Assembly (NCBI GenBank): GCA_964016885.1
Contig: OZ024740.1
Span: forward strand, 40,114,001-40,178,000
Length of the DNA stretch: 64,000 bases
DNA from: Eledone cirrhosa
Taxonomy: Eukaryota
Reading direction: 5' to 3'
In this document: positions 15,001 through 27,099 of the stretch, piece after piece
Layout: the number at the start of each line of letters is the position of its first letter
Position numbering within the stretch: position 1 is the first letter of the stretch
The notes under the pieces: model-generated
Told to the model about the DNA's origin: nothing
Database searches by the model: none
What the model saw: only the letters and a program-made list of their open reading frames with translations
Program-made: the position numbers and the translations under genes

Positions 15001-18000
15001 TCTATCATTACCACTATGTTCTATCATTGACACTGTTCTATCATTACCACTGTGTTCTATCATTGACACTGTTCTATCATTACCACTGTTCTATCATTAC
15101 CACTATGTTCTATCATTGACACTGTTCTATCATTACCACTGTGTTCTATCATTGGCACTGTTCTATCATTACCACTGTTCTATCATTGACACTGTTCTAT
15201 CATTACCACTGTGTTCTATCATTGACACTGTTCTATCATTACCACTATGTTCTATCATTGACACTGTTCTATCATTAACACTGTGCTCTATCATTGACAC
15301 TGTTCTATCATTGACACTGTTCTATCATTACCACTATGTTCTATCATTGACACTGTTCTATCATTGACACTGTTCTATCATTACCACTGTGTTCTATCAT
15401 TGACACTGTTCTATCATTGACACTGTTCTATCATTACCACTGTGTTCTATCATTGACACTGTTCTATCATTACCACTGTGTTCTATCATTACCACTGTTC
15501 TATCATTGACACTGTTCTATCATTGACACTGTTCTATCATTACCACTGTGTTCTATCATTGACACTGTTCTATCATTGACACTGTTCTATCATTACCACT
15601 GTGTTCTATCATTGACACTGTTCTATCATTACCACTGTGTTCTATCATTGAAACTGTTCTATCATTACCACTGTGTTCTATCATTGACACTGTTCTATCA
15701 TTACCACTGTGCTCTATCATTGACACTGTTCTATCATTGACACTGTTCTATCATTACCACTGTTCTATCAATGACACTGTTCTATCATTACCACTATGTT
15801 CTATCATTACCACTATGTTCTATCATTGACACTGTTCTATCATTGACACTGTTCTATCATTACCACTGTGTTCTATCATTACCACTGTGCTCTATCATTG
15901 ACACTGTTCTATCATTGACACTGTTCTATCATTACCACTGTTCTATCAATGACACTGTTCTATCATTACCACTATATTCTATCATTACCACTATGTTCTA
16001 TCATTGACACTGTTCTATCATTACCACTGTGTTCTATCATTGACACTGTTCTATCATTGACACTGTTCTATCATTGACACTGTTCTATCATTACCACTAT
16101 GTTCTATCATTTACACTGTTCTATCATTGACACTGTTCTATCATTACCACTGTGTTCTATCATTGACACTGTTCTATCATTGACACTGTTCTATCATTAC
16201 CACTGTGTTCTATCATTGACACTGTTCTATCATTACCACTGTGTTCTATCATTACCACTGTGTTCTATCATTGACACTGTTCTATCATTACCACTGTGTT
16301 CTATCATTGACACTATTCTATCATTACCACTGTGTTCTATCATTACCACTGTTCTATCATTGACACTGTTCTATCATTGACACTGTGTTCTATCATTGAC
16401 ACTGTTCTATCATTACCACTGTGTTCTATCATTGACACTGTTCTATCATTGACACTGTTCTATCATTACCACTGTGTTCTATCATTGACACTGTTCTATC
16501 ATTACCACTGTGTTCTATCATTGAAACTGTTCTATCATTACCACTGTGTTCTATCATTGACACTGTTCTATCATTACCACTGTGCTCTATCATTGACACT
16601 GTTCTATCATTGACACTGTTCTATCATTACCACTGTTCTATCAATGACACTGTTCTATCATTACCACTATGTTCTATCATTACCACTATGTTCTATCATT
16701 GACACTGTTCTATCATTGACACTGTTCTATCATTACCACTGTGTTCTATCATTGACACTGTTCTATCATTGACACTGTTCTATCATTCCCACTATGTTCT
16801 ATCATTGACACTGTTCTATCATTGACACTGTTCTATCATTACCACTGTGCTCTATCATTGACACTGTTCTATCATTGACACTGTTCTATCATTACCACTG
16901 TTCTATCAATGACACTGTTCTATCATTACCACTATGTTCTATCATTACCACTATGTTCTATCATTGACACTGTTCTATCATTACCACTATGTTCTATCAT
17001 TGACACTGTTCTATCATTGACACTGTTCTATCATTGACACTGTTCTATCATTACCACTATGTTCTATCATTGACACTGTTCTATCATTGACACTGTTCTA
17101 TCATTACCACTGTGTTCTATCATTGACACTGTTCTATCATTGACACTGTTCTATCATTACCACTGTGTTCTATCATTGACACTGTTCTATCATTACCACT
17201 GTGTTCTATCATTACCACTGTTCTATCATTGACACTGTGTTCTATCATTACCACTGTGTTCTATCATTGACACTGTTCTATCATTACCACTGTTCTATCA
17301 TTGACACTGTTCTATCATTACCACTGTGTTCTATCATGGACACTGTTCTATCATTACCACTGTGTTCTATCATTGACACTGTTCTATCATTACCACTATG
17401 TTCTATCATTGACACTGTTCTATCATTACCACTGTGTTCTATCATTGACACTGTTCTATCATTACCACTGTTCTATCATTGACACTGTTCTATCATTACC
17501 ACTGTGTTCTATCATTGACACTGTTCTATCATTGACACTGTTCTATCATTACCACTATGTTCTATCATTGACACTGTTCTATCATTAACACTGTGCTCTA
17601 TCATTGACACTGTTCTATCATTGACACTGTTCTATCATTACCACTATGTTCTATCATTGACACTGTTCTATCATTACCACTGTGTTCTATCATTACCACT
17701 GTTCTATCATTGACACTGTTCTATCATTACCACTGTGTTCTATCATTGAAACTGTTCTATCATTACCACTGTGTTCTATCATTGACACTGTTCTATCATT
17801 ACCACTGTGCTCTATCATTGACACTGTTCTATCATTGACACTGTTCTATCATTACCACTGTTCTATCAATGACACTGTTCTATCATTACCACTATGTTCT
17901 ATCATTACCACTATGTTCTATCATTGACACTGTTCTATCATTGACACTGTTCTATCATTACCACTGTGTTCTATCATTGACACTGTTCTATCATTGACAC

Positions 18001-21000
18001 TGTTCTATCATTGACACTGTTCTATCATTACCACTATGTTCTATCATTGACACTGTTCTATCATTGACACTGTTCTATCATTACCACTGTGTTCTATCAT
18101 TGACACTGTTCTATCATTGACACTGTTCTATCATTGACACTGTTCTATCATTACCACTGTGTTCTATCATTGACACTGTTCTATCATTGACACTGTTCTA
18201 TCATTACCACTGTGTTCTATCATTGACACTGTTCTATCATTACCACTGTGTTCTATCATTACCACTGTTCTATCATTGACACTGTTCTATCATTGACACT
18301 GTGTTCTATCATTGACACTGTTCTATCATTACCACTGTGTTCTATCATTGACACTGTTCTATCATTGACACTGTTCTATCATTACCACTGTGTTCTATCA
18401 TTGACACTGTTCTATCATTACCACTGTGTTCTATCATTGAAACTGTTCTATCATTACCACTGTGTTCTATCATTGACACTGTTCTATCATTACCATGTGC
18501 TCTATCATTGACACTGTTCTATCATTACCACTGTTCTATCAATGACACTGTTCTATCATTACCACTATGTTCTATCATTACCACTATGTTCTATCATTGA
18601 CACTGTTCTATCATTGACACTGTTCTATCATTACCACTGTGTTCTATCATTGACACTGTTCTATCATTGACACTGTTCTATCATTGACACTGTTCTATCA
18701 TTACCACTATGTTCTATCATTGACACTGTTCTATCATTACCACTGTGTTCTATCATTGACACTGTTCTATCATTGACACTGTTCTATCATTGACACTGTT
18801 CTATCATTGACACTGTTCTATCATTACCACTGTGTTCTATCATTGACACTGTTCTATCATTACCACTGTGTTCTATCATTACCACTGTTCTATCATTGAC
18901 ACTGTTCTATCATTGACACTGTGTTCTATCATTACCACTGTGTTCTATCATTGACACTGTTCTATCATTGACACTGTTCTATCATTGACACTGTTCTATC
19001 ATTACCACTATGTTCTATCATTGACACTGTTCTATCATTGACACTGTTCTATCATTACCACTGTGTTCTATCATTGACACTGTTCTATCATTGACACTGT
19101 TCTATCATTACCACTGTGTTCTATCATTGACACTGTTCTATCATTACCACTGTGTTCTATCATTACCACTGTGTTCTATCATTGACACTGTTCTATCATT
19201 ACCACTGTGTTCTATCATTGACACTGTTCTATCATTGACACTGTTCTATCATTACCACTGTGTTCTATCATTGACACTGTTCTATCATTACCACTGTTCT
19301 ATCATCGACACTGTTCTATCATTACCACTGTGTTCTATCATTGACATTGTTCTATCATTGACACTGTTCTATCATTACCACTGTGTTCTATCATTGACAC
19401 TGTTCTATCATTAACACTGTGCTCTATCATTGACACTGTTCTATCATTACCACTATGTTCTATCATTGACACTGTTCTATCATTACCACTGTGTTCTATC
19501 ATTACCACTGTTCTATCATTGACACTGTTCTATCATTACCACTATGTTCTATCATTGACACTGTTCTATCATTACCACTGTGTTCTATCATTGACACTGT
19601 TCTATCATTGACACTGTTCTATCATTGACACTGTTCTATCATTGACACTGTTCTATCATTACCACTGTGTTCTATCATTGACACTGTTCTATCATTACCA
19701 CTGTGTTCTATCATTACCACTGTTCTATCATTGACACTGTTCTATCATTGACACTGTGTTCTATCATTACCACTGTGTTCTATCATTGACACTGTTCTAT
19801 CATTGACACTGTTCTATCATTACCACTGTGTTCTATCATTGACACTGTTCTATCATTGACACTGTTCTATCATTACCACTGTGTTCTATCATTGACACTG
19901 TTCTATCATTACCACTGTTCTATCATCGACACTGTTCTATCATTACCACTGTGTTCTATCATTGACATTGTTCTATCATTGACACTGTTCTATCATTACC
20001 ACTGTGTTCTATCATTGACACTGTTCTATCATTAACACTGTGCTCTATCATTGACACTGTTCTATCATTACCACTATGTTCTATCATTGACACTGTTCTA
20101 TCATTACCACTGTGTTCTATCATTACCACTGTTCTATCATTGACACTGTTCTATCATTACCACTGTGTTCTATCATTGAAACTGTTCTATCATTGACACT
20201 GTTCTATCATTACCACTGTGCTCTATCATTGACACTGTTCTATCATTGACACTGTTCTATCATTACCACTGTTCTATCATTGACACTGTTCTATCATTAC
20301 CACTATGTTCTATCATTACCACTGTGTTCTATCATTGACACTGTTCTATCATTACCACTATGTTCTATCATTGACACTGTTCTATCATTACCACTGTGTT
20401 CTATCATTGACACTGTTCTATCATTGACACTGTTCTATCATTACCACTGTTCTATCATTGACACTGTTCTATCACTGACACTGTTCTATCATTACCACTG
20501 TTCTATCATTGACACTGTTCTATCACTGACACTGTTCTATCATTACCACTGTTCTATCATTGACACTGTTCTATCACTGACACTGTTCTATCATTACCAC
20601 TGTTCTATCATTGACACTGTTCTATCACTGACACTGTTCTATCATTGACACTGTTCTATCACTGACACTGTTCTATCACTGACACTGTTCTATCACTGAC
20701 ACTGTTCTATCATTGACACTGTTCTATCATTGACACTGTTCTATCATTACCACTGTTCTATCAGTGACACTGTTCTATCACTGACACTGTTCTATCATTG
20801 ACACTGTTCTATCACTGACACTGTTCTATCATTACCACTGTTCTATCATTGACACTGTTCTATCACTGACACTGTTCTATCATTACCACTGTTCTATCAC
20901 TGACACTGTTCTATCACTGACACTGTTCTATCATTGACACTGTTCTATCACTGACACTGTTCTATCATTGACACTGTTCTATCACTGACACTGTTCTATC

Positions 21001-21290
21001 ATTGACACTGTTCTATCATTGACACTGTTCTATCATTGACACTGTTCTATCATTACCACTGTTCTATCAGTGACACTGTTCTATCACTGACACTGTTCTA
21101 TCATTGACACTGTTCTATCACTGACACTGTTCTATCATTACCACTGTTCTATCATTGACACTGTGCTCTATCATTGACACTGTACTCTATCATTGACACT
21201 GTGTACTATCATTTCCACTATGTTCTATCATTGACACTGTTCTATCATTACCACTGTTCTATCATTGACACTGTCCTCTATCATTCCCTG
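1..21290. repeat. 17/19-bp satellite array (TTGACACTGTTCTATCA / TTACCACTG[TG]TTCTATCA), >=21 kb, roughly 1200 monomers, open at left edge
   Basis: Uninterrupted head-to-tail monomers are visible directly; the last units degenerate at ~21160-21290. Copy number is estimated from length divided by unit size. Confidence 0.99.
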
Positions 21291-21295
21291 TCTAC

Positions 21296-21336
21296 TACTA
21301 ACAGAAATAATATCTCTTCTTTATTTGTTTTTCCAG
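21296..21336 (+). promoter_or_regulatory. TIMM22: Branch point (TACTAAC 21296-21302), polypyrimidine tract and 3' splice site (TTCCAG 21336) of a TIMM22 5'-UTR intron
   Basis: Perfect TACTAAC with the branch A 35 nt before the end of ...tctcttctttatttgtttttccAG. The ATG follows 24 nt after the acceptor. Confidence 0.85.
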
Positions 21337-21360
21337 GTTATTGTTTATAATATAACGACA

Positions 21361-21580
21361 ATGTCTGGTCTGTCAATAAATGAAAATAAAGACTCATCTG
21401 CAGAGGATATCAGTAATTTCAATTTTATTATTGATCATGTAATTAATCACAAAGTGAAACAGACGGATACATTTATTCCTTTGGGAGGAATACCTCAACT
21501 TTCCAGACCACAGGAAGAAGTTATGATTAGCCGAATGTTTGAAAGTTGTCTTTTCAAATCAGGTGTAAGCTGTATTTTAG
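21361..21580 (+). CDS. TIMM22: Mitochondrial inner-membrane translocase Tim22, coding exon 1
   Basis: ATG 21361; reads ...QEEVMISRMFESCLFKSGVSCILG, the Tim22 'ESC.FK...SC..G' motif. Donor G|gtaagt at 21581, phase 1. Confidence 0.93.
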
Positions 21581-21732
21581 GTAAGTGAATAGACAAGATG
21601 TGATTTGGGGGAGATCTATCTACTATTTCTAACATAAATACTCCCTATTTGTCTCATGTTAAGCCAAATCAGCTGTGCATCATGTGAGGAGGTCATCATT
21701 CATAGCATTAAGATAAAGAGGGTTAAGGATAG

Positions 21733-22045
21733 AATTCTCATGGGAATTTACATAAACTCTCAAGGACTTAGTACTTTCTATCTGGTGGGAATCTACATAA
21801 ACTCTAGATGATAATACTTTCTATCTGGTGGGAATCTACATAAACTCTAGATGATAATACTTTCTATCTTGTAGGAACCTACATGAATTCTGGAGGACGT
21901 CATACTTTCTATCTCATGGGAACCTGCATAAACTCTAGCGGACTTAGTATTTTCTATCTTGTGGGAATCTACATAAACTCTAGAGGACAATATTTTCTAT
22001 CTCGTGGGAACCTACATGAATTCTGGAGGACTTAATACTGTCTAT
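21733..22045. repeat. 43-bp minisatellite (~7 diverged copies) in a TIMM22 intron
   Basis: Unit ACTTTCTATCTGGTGGGAATCTACATAAACTCTAGATGATAAT; tctggtggga recurs at 21781 and 21824. Confidence 0.9.
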
Positions 22046-22217
22046 CATTTATTTATCTGCAGAGTTTGATCAGTTTTCACAAGTCATTCATTCACCCAGC
22101 TTCTTCATAGATTTATTGATTGGATGCTGCAACCTGGGGCCTTATCAATTCTTAATGTGTCCTGTTTAATAAATTACTTCAGAAACAAAAATTTAAATAT
22201 TTATTTCTTATTTGAAG

Positions 22218-22402
22218 GTTTTGCTGTTGGAGGTGCCTTTGGTTTATTTACTGCTGGTATTGACCCAATGTCAACGATGAGTACTGAGACTCCAACTACT
22301 AAATTAGTGCTCAAAGAAATGAAGGCACGCACAATTTCATATGGAAAAAACTTTGCATTGGTTGGTGCTATGTTTGCAGGTACTGAGTGCACTTTAGAAT
22401 CA
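22218..22402 (+). CDS. TIMM22: Tim22 coding exon 2
   Basis: Acceptor tttgaag|; (G)FAVGGAFGLFTAGID...VLKEMKARTISYGKNFALVGAMFAGTECTLES; donor |gtaagt at 22403. Phase is compatible with exon 1. Confidence 0.96.
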
Positions 22403-22640
22403 GTAAGTATCAATTATATATTGTGTTATAATGTCACTGTGCCAGACTCATTTTTATGTTTGTTTAGAGATAGATGTACAGAATTCTCTCTCTTTCTTTT
22501 TACTTTGGTAAAAGATTTCATATAACAACTCAATTCTAATTTTTTTCTCTTCTCTCATCTCAAGTGAATTGGTTCCATCTATCGATATATTTTCTGGTGT
22601 TTTCACTTCCTTGGAACACCATATATATATATATATATAA

Positions 22641-23015
22641 TCATTTTCCATGCTGGAATGGGTTGGATGGGTTGTTACAGTCTAAGTTCTTTGGAATTAC
22701 TGCACTCCGAGTTGGATCAGCAGACTACCTCACACTTGTATGTTCCAAATTTGGACAGTCTCTACTAGATGCCCTTCCTAACACCAACCACTTTATAGAG
22801 TGAACTGGGTACATAGTTCCTACTGCTAGATGCCTTCTTAATGCCACCCACTTTTCAGAATGTATTAGGTGTATTTTGTCGTCATGGTACAGTACTAAAG
22901 AGGTGGTCATGTCCTCAACAAGGTTAAAGGTTCTTCTCTGCGTTATGCTGTCTCCATTCAATCATTGGCCACTTAACAGAGTTTGTTTTATTGTGGCACC
23001 AATACTAGGGAGGTT
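22641..23015 (-). mobile_element. Degenerate RTE-type LINE/SINE 3'-tail copy (antisense), with internal tandem duplication
   Basis: tagatgcccttcctaacaccaaccac is the reverse complement of gtggttggtgttaggaagggcatc at ~25289-25312; ttttccatgctggaatgggttggatggg matches the tail end. Confidence 0.75.
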
Positions 23016-23212
23016 GTCTTGTCCACTGCCACATAGCTGTCAATCTCCATACTTGTGACATGCCTGTACCAGTGCATTCATCTCTTGCACACTACATCTT
23101 CTATACAGCTTTCCTATCAGAATATGTGTGATTTTTAAATTATATTTTCTGCTTCTTTTTACCCATAGTAATGACTGAATACAATTTAGTGAAAATATTT
23201 TTATTGTTATAG

Positions 23213-23285
23213 ATTAGAGGTAAAACAGAATTACTAAATGGTACATTATCTGGAGGTATTGTTGGCGGAGTACTGGGACTTCGGG
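23213..23285 (+). CDS. TIMM22: Tim22 coding exon 3 (73 nt)
   Basis: Acceptor ttgttatag|; IRGKTELLNGTLSGGIVGGVLGLR; donor G|gtaagt at 23286. Not present in the ORF track. Confidence 0.95.
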
Positions 23286-23327
23286 GTAAGTTATCAATAA
23301 ATATGCTCATTCTTCTTTATATTGTTA

Positions 23328-23654
23328 TTAGCAGAAGTACCCGGCAATGCCCGGGTATATTATGGAAATAACAATATCTTTTGGCATATATTTATTTTTT
23401 TCTCACATCCATTATTTTCTTCTTTAAAGAATGGAGAGAGAGACAATTCAAAAACAAAATAGTCAGATTGTTTTTATATGAATATGGGAAAATAAATAGA
23501 ATTGAATTTAATATAAATTACTGTTTTAAACATCCAAATAAATTCTACCATTACTTGTCTGGACAAGAATATATGTTTTTTTTTTTTTGTGGGTTCTCTA
23601 AATTCCGAGTAGAACGCAGACACACATACAGACAACTTTCCTTTATATTATTGA
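23328..23654 (-). mobile_element. Probable non-autonomous Helitron (~327 bp)
   Basis: The minus strand begins TCAATAATATAAAG, has a short (TCTG/TG)-type microsatellite near the 5' end, and ends with a GC hairpin (TACCCGG-caatgc-CCGGGTA, 23338-23357) ~10 nt before CTAA|T, which fits the CTRR rule. The 5' flank is T rather than the canonical A. Confidence 0.55.
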
Positions 23655-23808
23655 ACATAAGTTTCTAATAAATTGCAATTCTTTAAATTACATCATAGAT
23701 ATATTAGTTATATTTCTCTTTAAAGGAAATGAATATAATTCCACATTTAGCATTGTACTTTAATAACATATACACTATGGCTGTTTTTCATCAAACAGTT
23801 ATACTTCA

Positions 23809-25438
23809 GAAAAAGTAATAGCGCAACTAATCAGAGAGAGAATTGATCTAGATGAAATGCAGTTCGGGTTTGTGTCATGTAAAAGTACCACAGATGCTCT
23901 TTTCATTGTACGACAACTACAGGAGAAGTACCTAGCTAAAAGTAAACCCCTATACTTAGCTTTTGTCGACTTGGAGAAAGCCTTCGACAGAGTCCCCCCG
24001 TTCCATTATCTGGTGGCCTCTTAGAAAACTAGGTGTTGATGAATGGCTTGTGAGAGCTATACAAGCCATGTATAAAGAAACAGTCAGCAAGGTTAGAATT
24101 AACAACGAATATAGTGAAGAGTTTAGCGTAAAAGTTGGTGTTCATCAGGGCTCTGTTATTATTGCCCTTCAGGCTATAACGGTGGAGTTCAAGACCGGCT
24201 GCCCATGGGAACTCCTATATGCAGATGATCTAACGCTCATAGCTGAATCGATGGCCGAACTAGAGAAGAAAATCCAAACATGGAAGCATGGCCTAGAATC
24301 AAAAGGCCTTAAAATTAACCTGTCTAAGACTAAAGTTCTAGTTTGTAGGAAGGAAAATAGAGCACCGGTCCCATCCGGGAAATGGCCATGCTCAGTGTGT
24401 AGGAAAGGCGTAGGTAGAAACTCCATTTTATGTTCCAAATGCAAAGTATGGGTGCATAAAAGATGTAGTGGGATCACAGGTAAGCTAACTAAGAACATAG
24501 ATTTTATATGTGGCCGGTGCTCTGGTGCAATAAGTAGCAGCAAGTGCCCACAGAATACTAGCTCATTCCATTGCACAGATGGTTCTATAGAAATAGTGGA
24601 CACCTTCCGTTACTTGGGTGACAAAATCAGCAGTGGGGGAGGGTACAGTAGCTAGAGTCAGAACTGGATGGAAAAAGTTCAGAGAGCTTATACCACTATT
24701 AGCCGCTAAAGGGTTCTCTCTAAAAATGAAAGGCAGGCTGTATGATGCCTGCATATGAACAGCAATGTTACATGGCAGTGAGACATGGGCATTGTGTGCA
24801 GAGGAACGAAGCTTGCATGCTCCGCTGGATGTGTAATAGTAATATACGTGAACGGCAAAGCATAAATGAACTAAGGAAAAAATTAGAAATAAGAGGGATC
24901 ATGTTGTTTACTCGAGAGAAGACTGCGTTAGTATGGTCACGTGATGCGCATGAAAGACGACAGCTGTATAACAAAGTGCAGGGCAATAAAAATAGACGGT
25001 AGCCACGGAGTAGGCAGACCCAGAAAAACCAGACGACTTGATAAATTCCGACCTCACACACTTACACCTCTCCAAGACAATGTCACTGGACCGAGATCTT
25101 TGGCGCTACACAGTAATACAGAAGACCCGCCTTACCTAAGTACAAAGTGAAACCTACGACAGTCAGTAGGCACCTCTAACAAAATACACCCCGTCCCATG
25201 TAAAGTTATGTTGGTACCACAACATCCAGTCCGAAACAAATGAGGTCGTGTAGGTGTCACGACAAAAAAACACAGTCCACGCTGTAATGTGGTTGGTGTT
25301 AGGAAGGGCATCCAGCCGTAGAAAACCCGCCAGACAGTCCTATGCGAGCAAGACAACCACTCTTGCCTCAAGTGGGAAAACTCCCGTCTAAACCCATGCA
25401 AGCGTGGAAGATGAACATTAAACAATGATGATGATGAT
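23809..25438 (+). mobile_element. 5'-truncated, inactivated RTE-clade LINE (RT, PHD-like finger, C-terminus, 3' UTR, (TGA)n tail) in TIMM22 intron
   Basis: EMQFGF..KSTTDALFIVRQLQEK..FVDLEKAFDRVP, GVHQGS, LLYADDL, FRYLG, GWKKFREL..MLHGSETW. Frameshifts at ~23995 and ~24650 and an in-frame stop at ~24755. Ends aacattaaacaatgatgatgatgat. Confidence 0.93.
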
Positions 25439-25534
25439 ACATAATTAACTTTCACACTAGATATTTTTAAATTGTAACTATTGACCACTTTATAAATGTT
25501 ATGTAGTAGCCACTTTATGGTATTAACTGTCTAT

Positions 25535-25950
25535 TTTACATTTATTGGCATGAGTTAGGCTAGACTGGTCAGATCAGTGTTCTGTTTATTCATTCCATTC
25601 TGGCATGGTTTCTACATCTGGATCCACTTCATAGTGTGTACCATGTACAAACATAACCACCAGACAAGGTAGACTGTGTGCTTTTTATCAGTGGACCAGT
25701 ACCTTCCAGGGAGGACTGGGTGCTTTTTATCATGGCACCAGCACTATCACTTTTCAACTAGAGATGAAAGGGTTATTTCGATGTCATGATCATAGACATG
25801 GACTGAGGTATCATCATTTTATGTCCACTTTTCCCTGCTTGCAAGGGTGGGACGGGTCTTATTCAGCACAGCATCTCTCCACCTCCGCCACGTCTTCCTT
25901 CAACTGGCGTTTCCTGGTACTTCTTCCTCCATGCGCATCACATGTCCATA
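25535..25950 (-). mobile_element. Cluster of degenerate antisense RTE/SINE tail fragments
   Basis: ggcatggtttctacatctggat, gactgggtgctttttatcatggcacc and catcattttatgtccacttttccctgcttgcaagggtgggacgg are approximate reverse complements of parts of the tail copies at 25250-25438 and 27100-27285. Confidence 0.65.
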
Positions 25951-26212
25951 CCATATTAAAAGAAATATATTAATATTAACTCTTAATGTCCTGTAAGACA
26001 TTCTTGAAAAGTATGAAACAGTACTATGACTGCATCACATCAAAAATTAAAGTCTTTATTGTAATACTGTAAAGATATTTTCACAATTTGTCTACCAATA
26101 AAGATATAAACAATTTCTGTGCCAGATATTGATTCTATAACATTGCTGGTTTGTTCTTAGGATATTTTTATTTTAGCACTATAACATTTATATATTATTA
26201 TGCTTGTTTACT

Positions 26213-26362
26213 AGGGCGGTGGATTGGCAGTACCGGACGCTATGCTTTGATGCATGGAGTTACAGCCCATGCCATTCTGTGTTCAAATCCCGCCGAGGTC
26301 GATAAAATAAAGTACCAGTAATGCACTGGGTAATTGCTGGTTTTGTGCCAAAAGTAGAAACA
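26213..26362 (+). mobile_element. tRNA-derived SINE (150 bp, probably internally deleted) with 19-bp target-site duplication
   Basis: Pol III B-box GTTCAAATCC at 26281-26290. Exact direct repeat ATTATTATGCTTGTTTACT at 26194-26212 and 26363-26381. The gtcgataaaataaagtaccag core resembles octopus SINEs as I recall them. Confidence 0.85.
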
Positions 26363-26408
26363 ATTATTATGCTTGTTTACTGATTTGTTAATTTATCTTT
26401 AATTTCAG

Positions 26409-26488
26409 CTGGCCTAAAAGCTGGTGTATTTGGAGCGCTTGGTTTTGCTGCATTTTCAACTGCCATCGATTATTATTTACGACACTAA
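26409..26488 (+). CDS. TIMM22: Tim22 final coding exon
   Basis: Acceptor aatttcag|; (A)GLKAGVFGALGFAAFSTAIDYYLRH*, the Tim22 C-terminal signature. Spliced CDS is 220+185+73+80=558 nt (185 aa plus stop). Confidence 0.96.
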
Positions 26489-27099
26489 GTCTTGTCATTG
26501 TTAACACTTTATTCTCCATGTAGTCTACCAATCATTGAAACATTTCCACTGAGCACATAGCAGCTTGTATGTGGAGGAACAGTACTGTCATTGTATATAC
26601 TCCTGTTAAACTATATTACAATATATGCTAGCCAAATGTGGCAAAGTAGATCAACACTTAAAAAAAAAAAAAACCCATAATATTGATGGTGAGTTTTTAG
26701 TTTGTTCCATCAAGTGTTTATGAAATTCCTATTAAATTAAATCATTTAGTTTGTCTTATTTATTTTTAATGTTATCTCAAGTTGGAACAGTTTATAAAAC
26801 ATTTCTCTATCCTACAACAATGTTTGTTGAACACATTCTGATATCAAATGAGAAATATACCAGTCAATAGTCAACTCTATCACCAAACTAGACTGATTTG
26901 GAATATTTGTTAGTAAATTGCAAGTTGGACCAACTTTGCTTTACAAACTCAGTCAGGAACTTACTGTTGTATTAGAAATCTTTACTAAAATATTCAACAA
27001 AGAATTAATATTTAGACTTGGGATGACCATGATCTCTGGTGTTATGCAGACCCACATCTAGAATGCACCACCTTCCCCCTTAGATCTACCTCGACAAGG

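Noticed and set aside
421-20648. Dozens of ORFs of the type TLFYHYHCVLSL / CSIIDTVLSLPL
   Set aside because: They are translations of the 17+19-bp satellite dimer, mostly with TTG/GTG starts and frames broken at random by unit order.
21265-22525. ORF-track proteins of 107 aa and 133 aa as standalone genes
   Set aside because: They are TIMM22 exons extended into flanking intron sequence.
22201-25973. Other short ORFs on both strands in this interval
   Set aside because: They are antisense or alternative frames of TIMM22 exons and retroposon remnants, with no recognisable protein motifs.
26270-26300. tRNA gene suggested by GTTCAAATCC
   Set aside because: No cloverleaf can be formed; it is the B-box of a SINE flanked by a target-site duplication.
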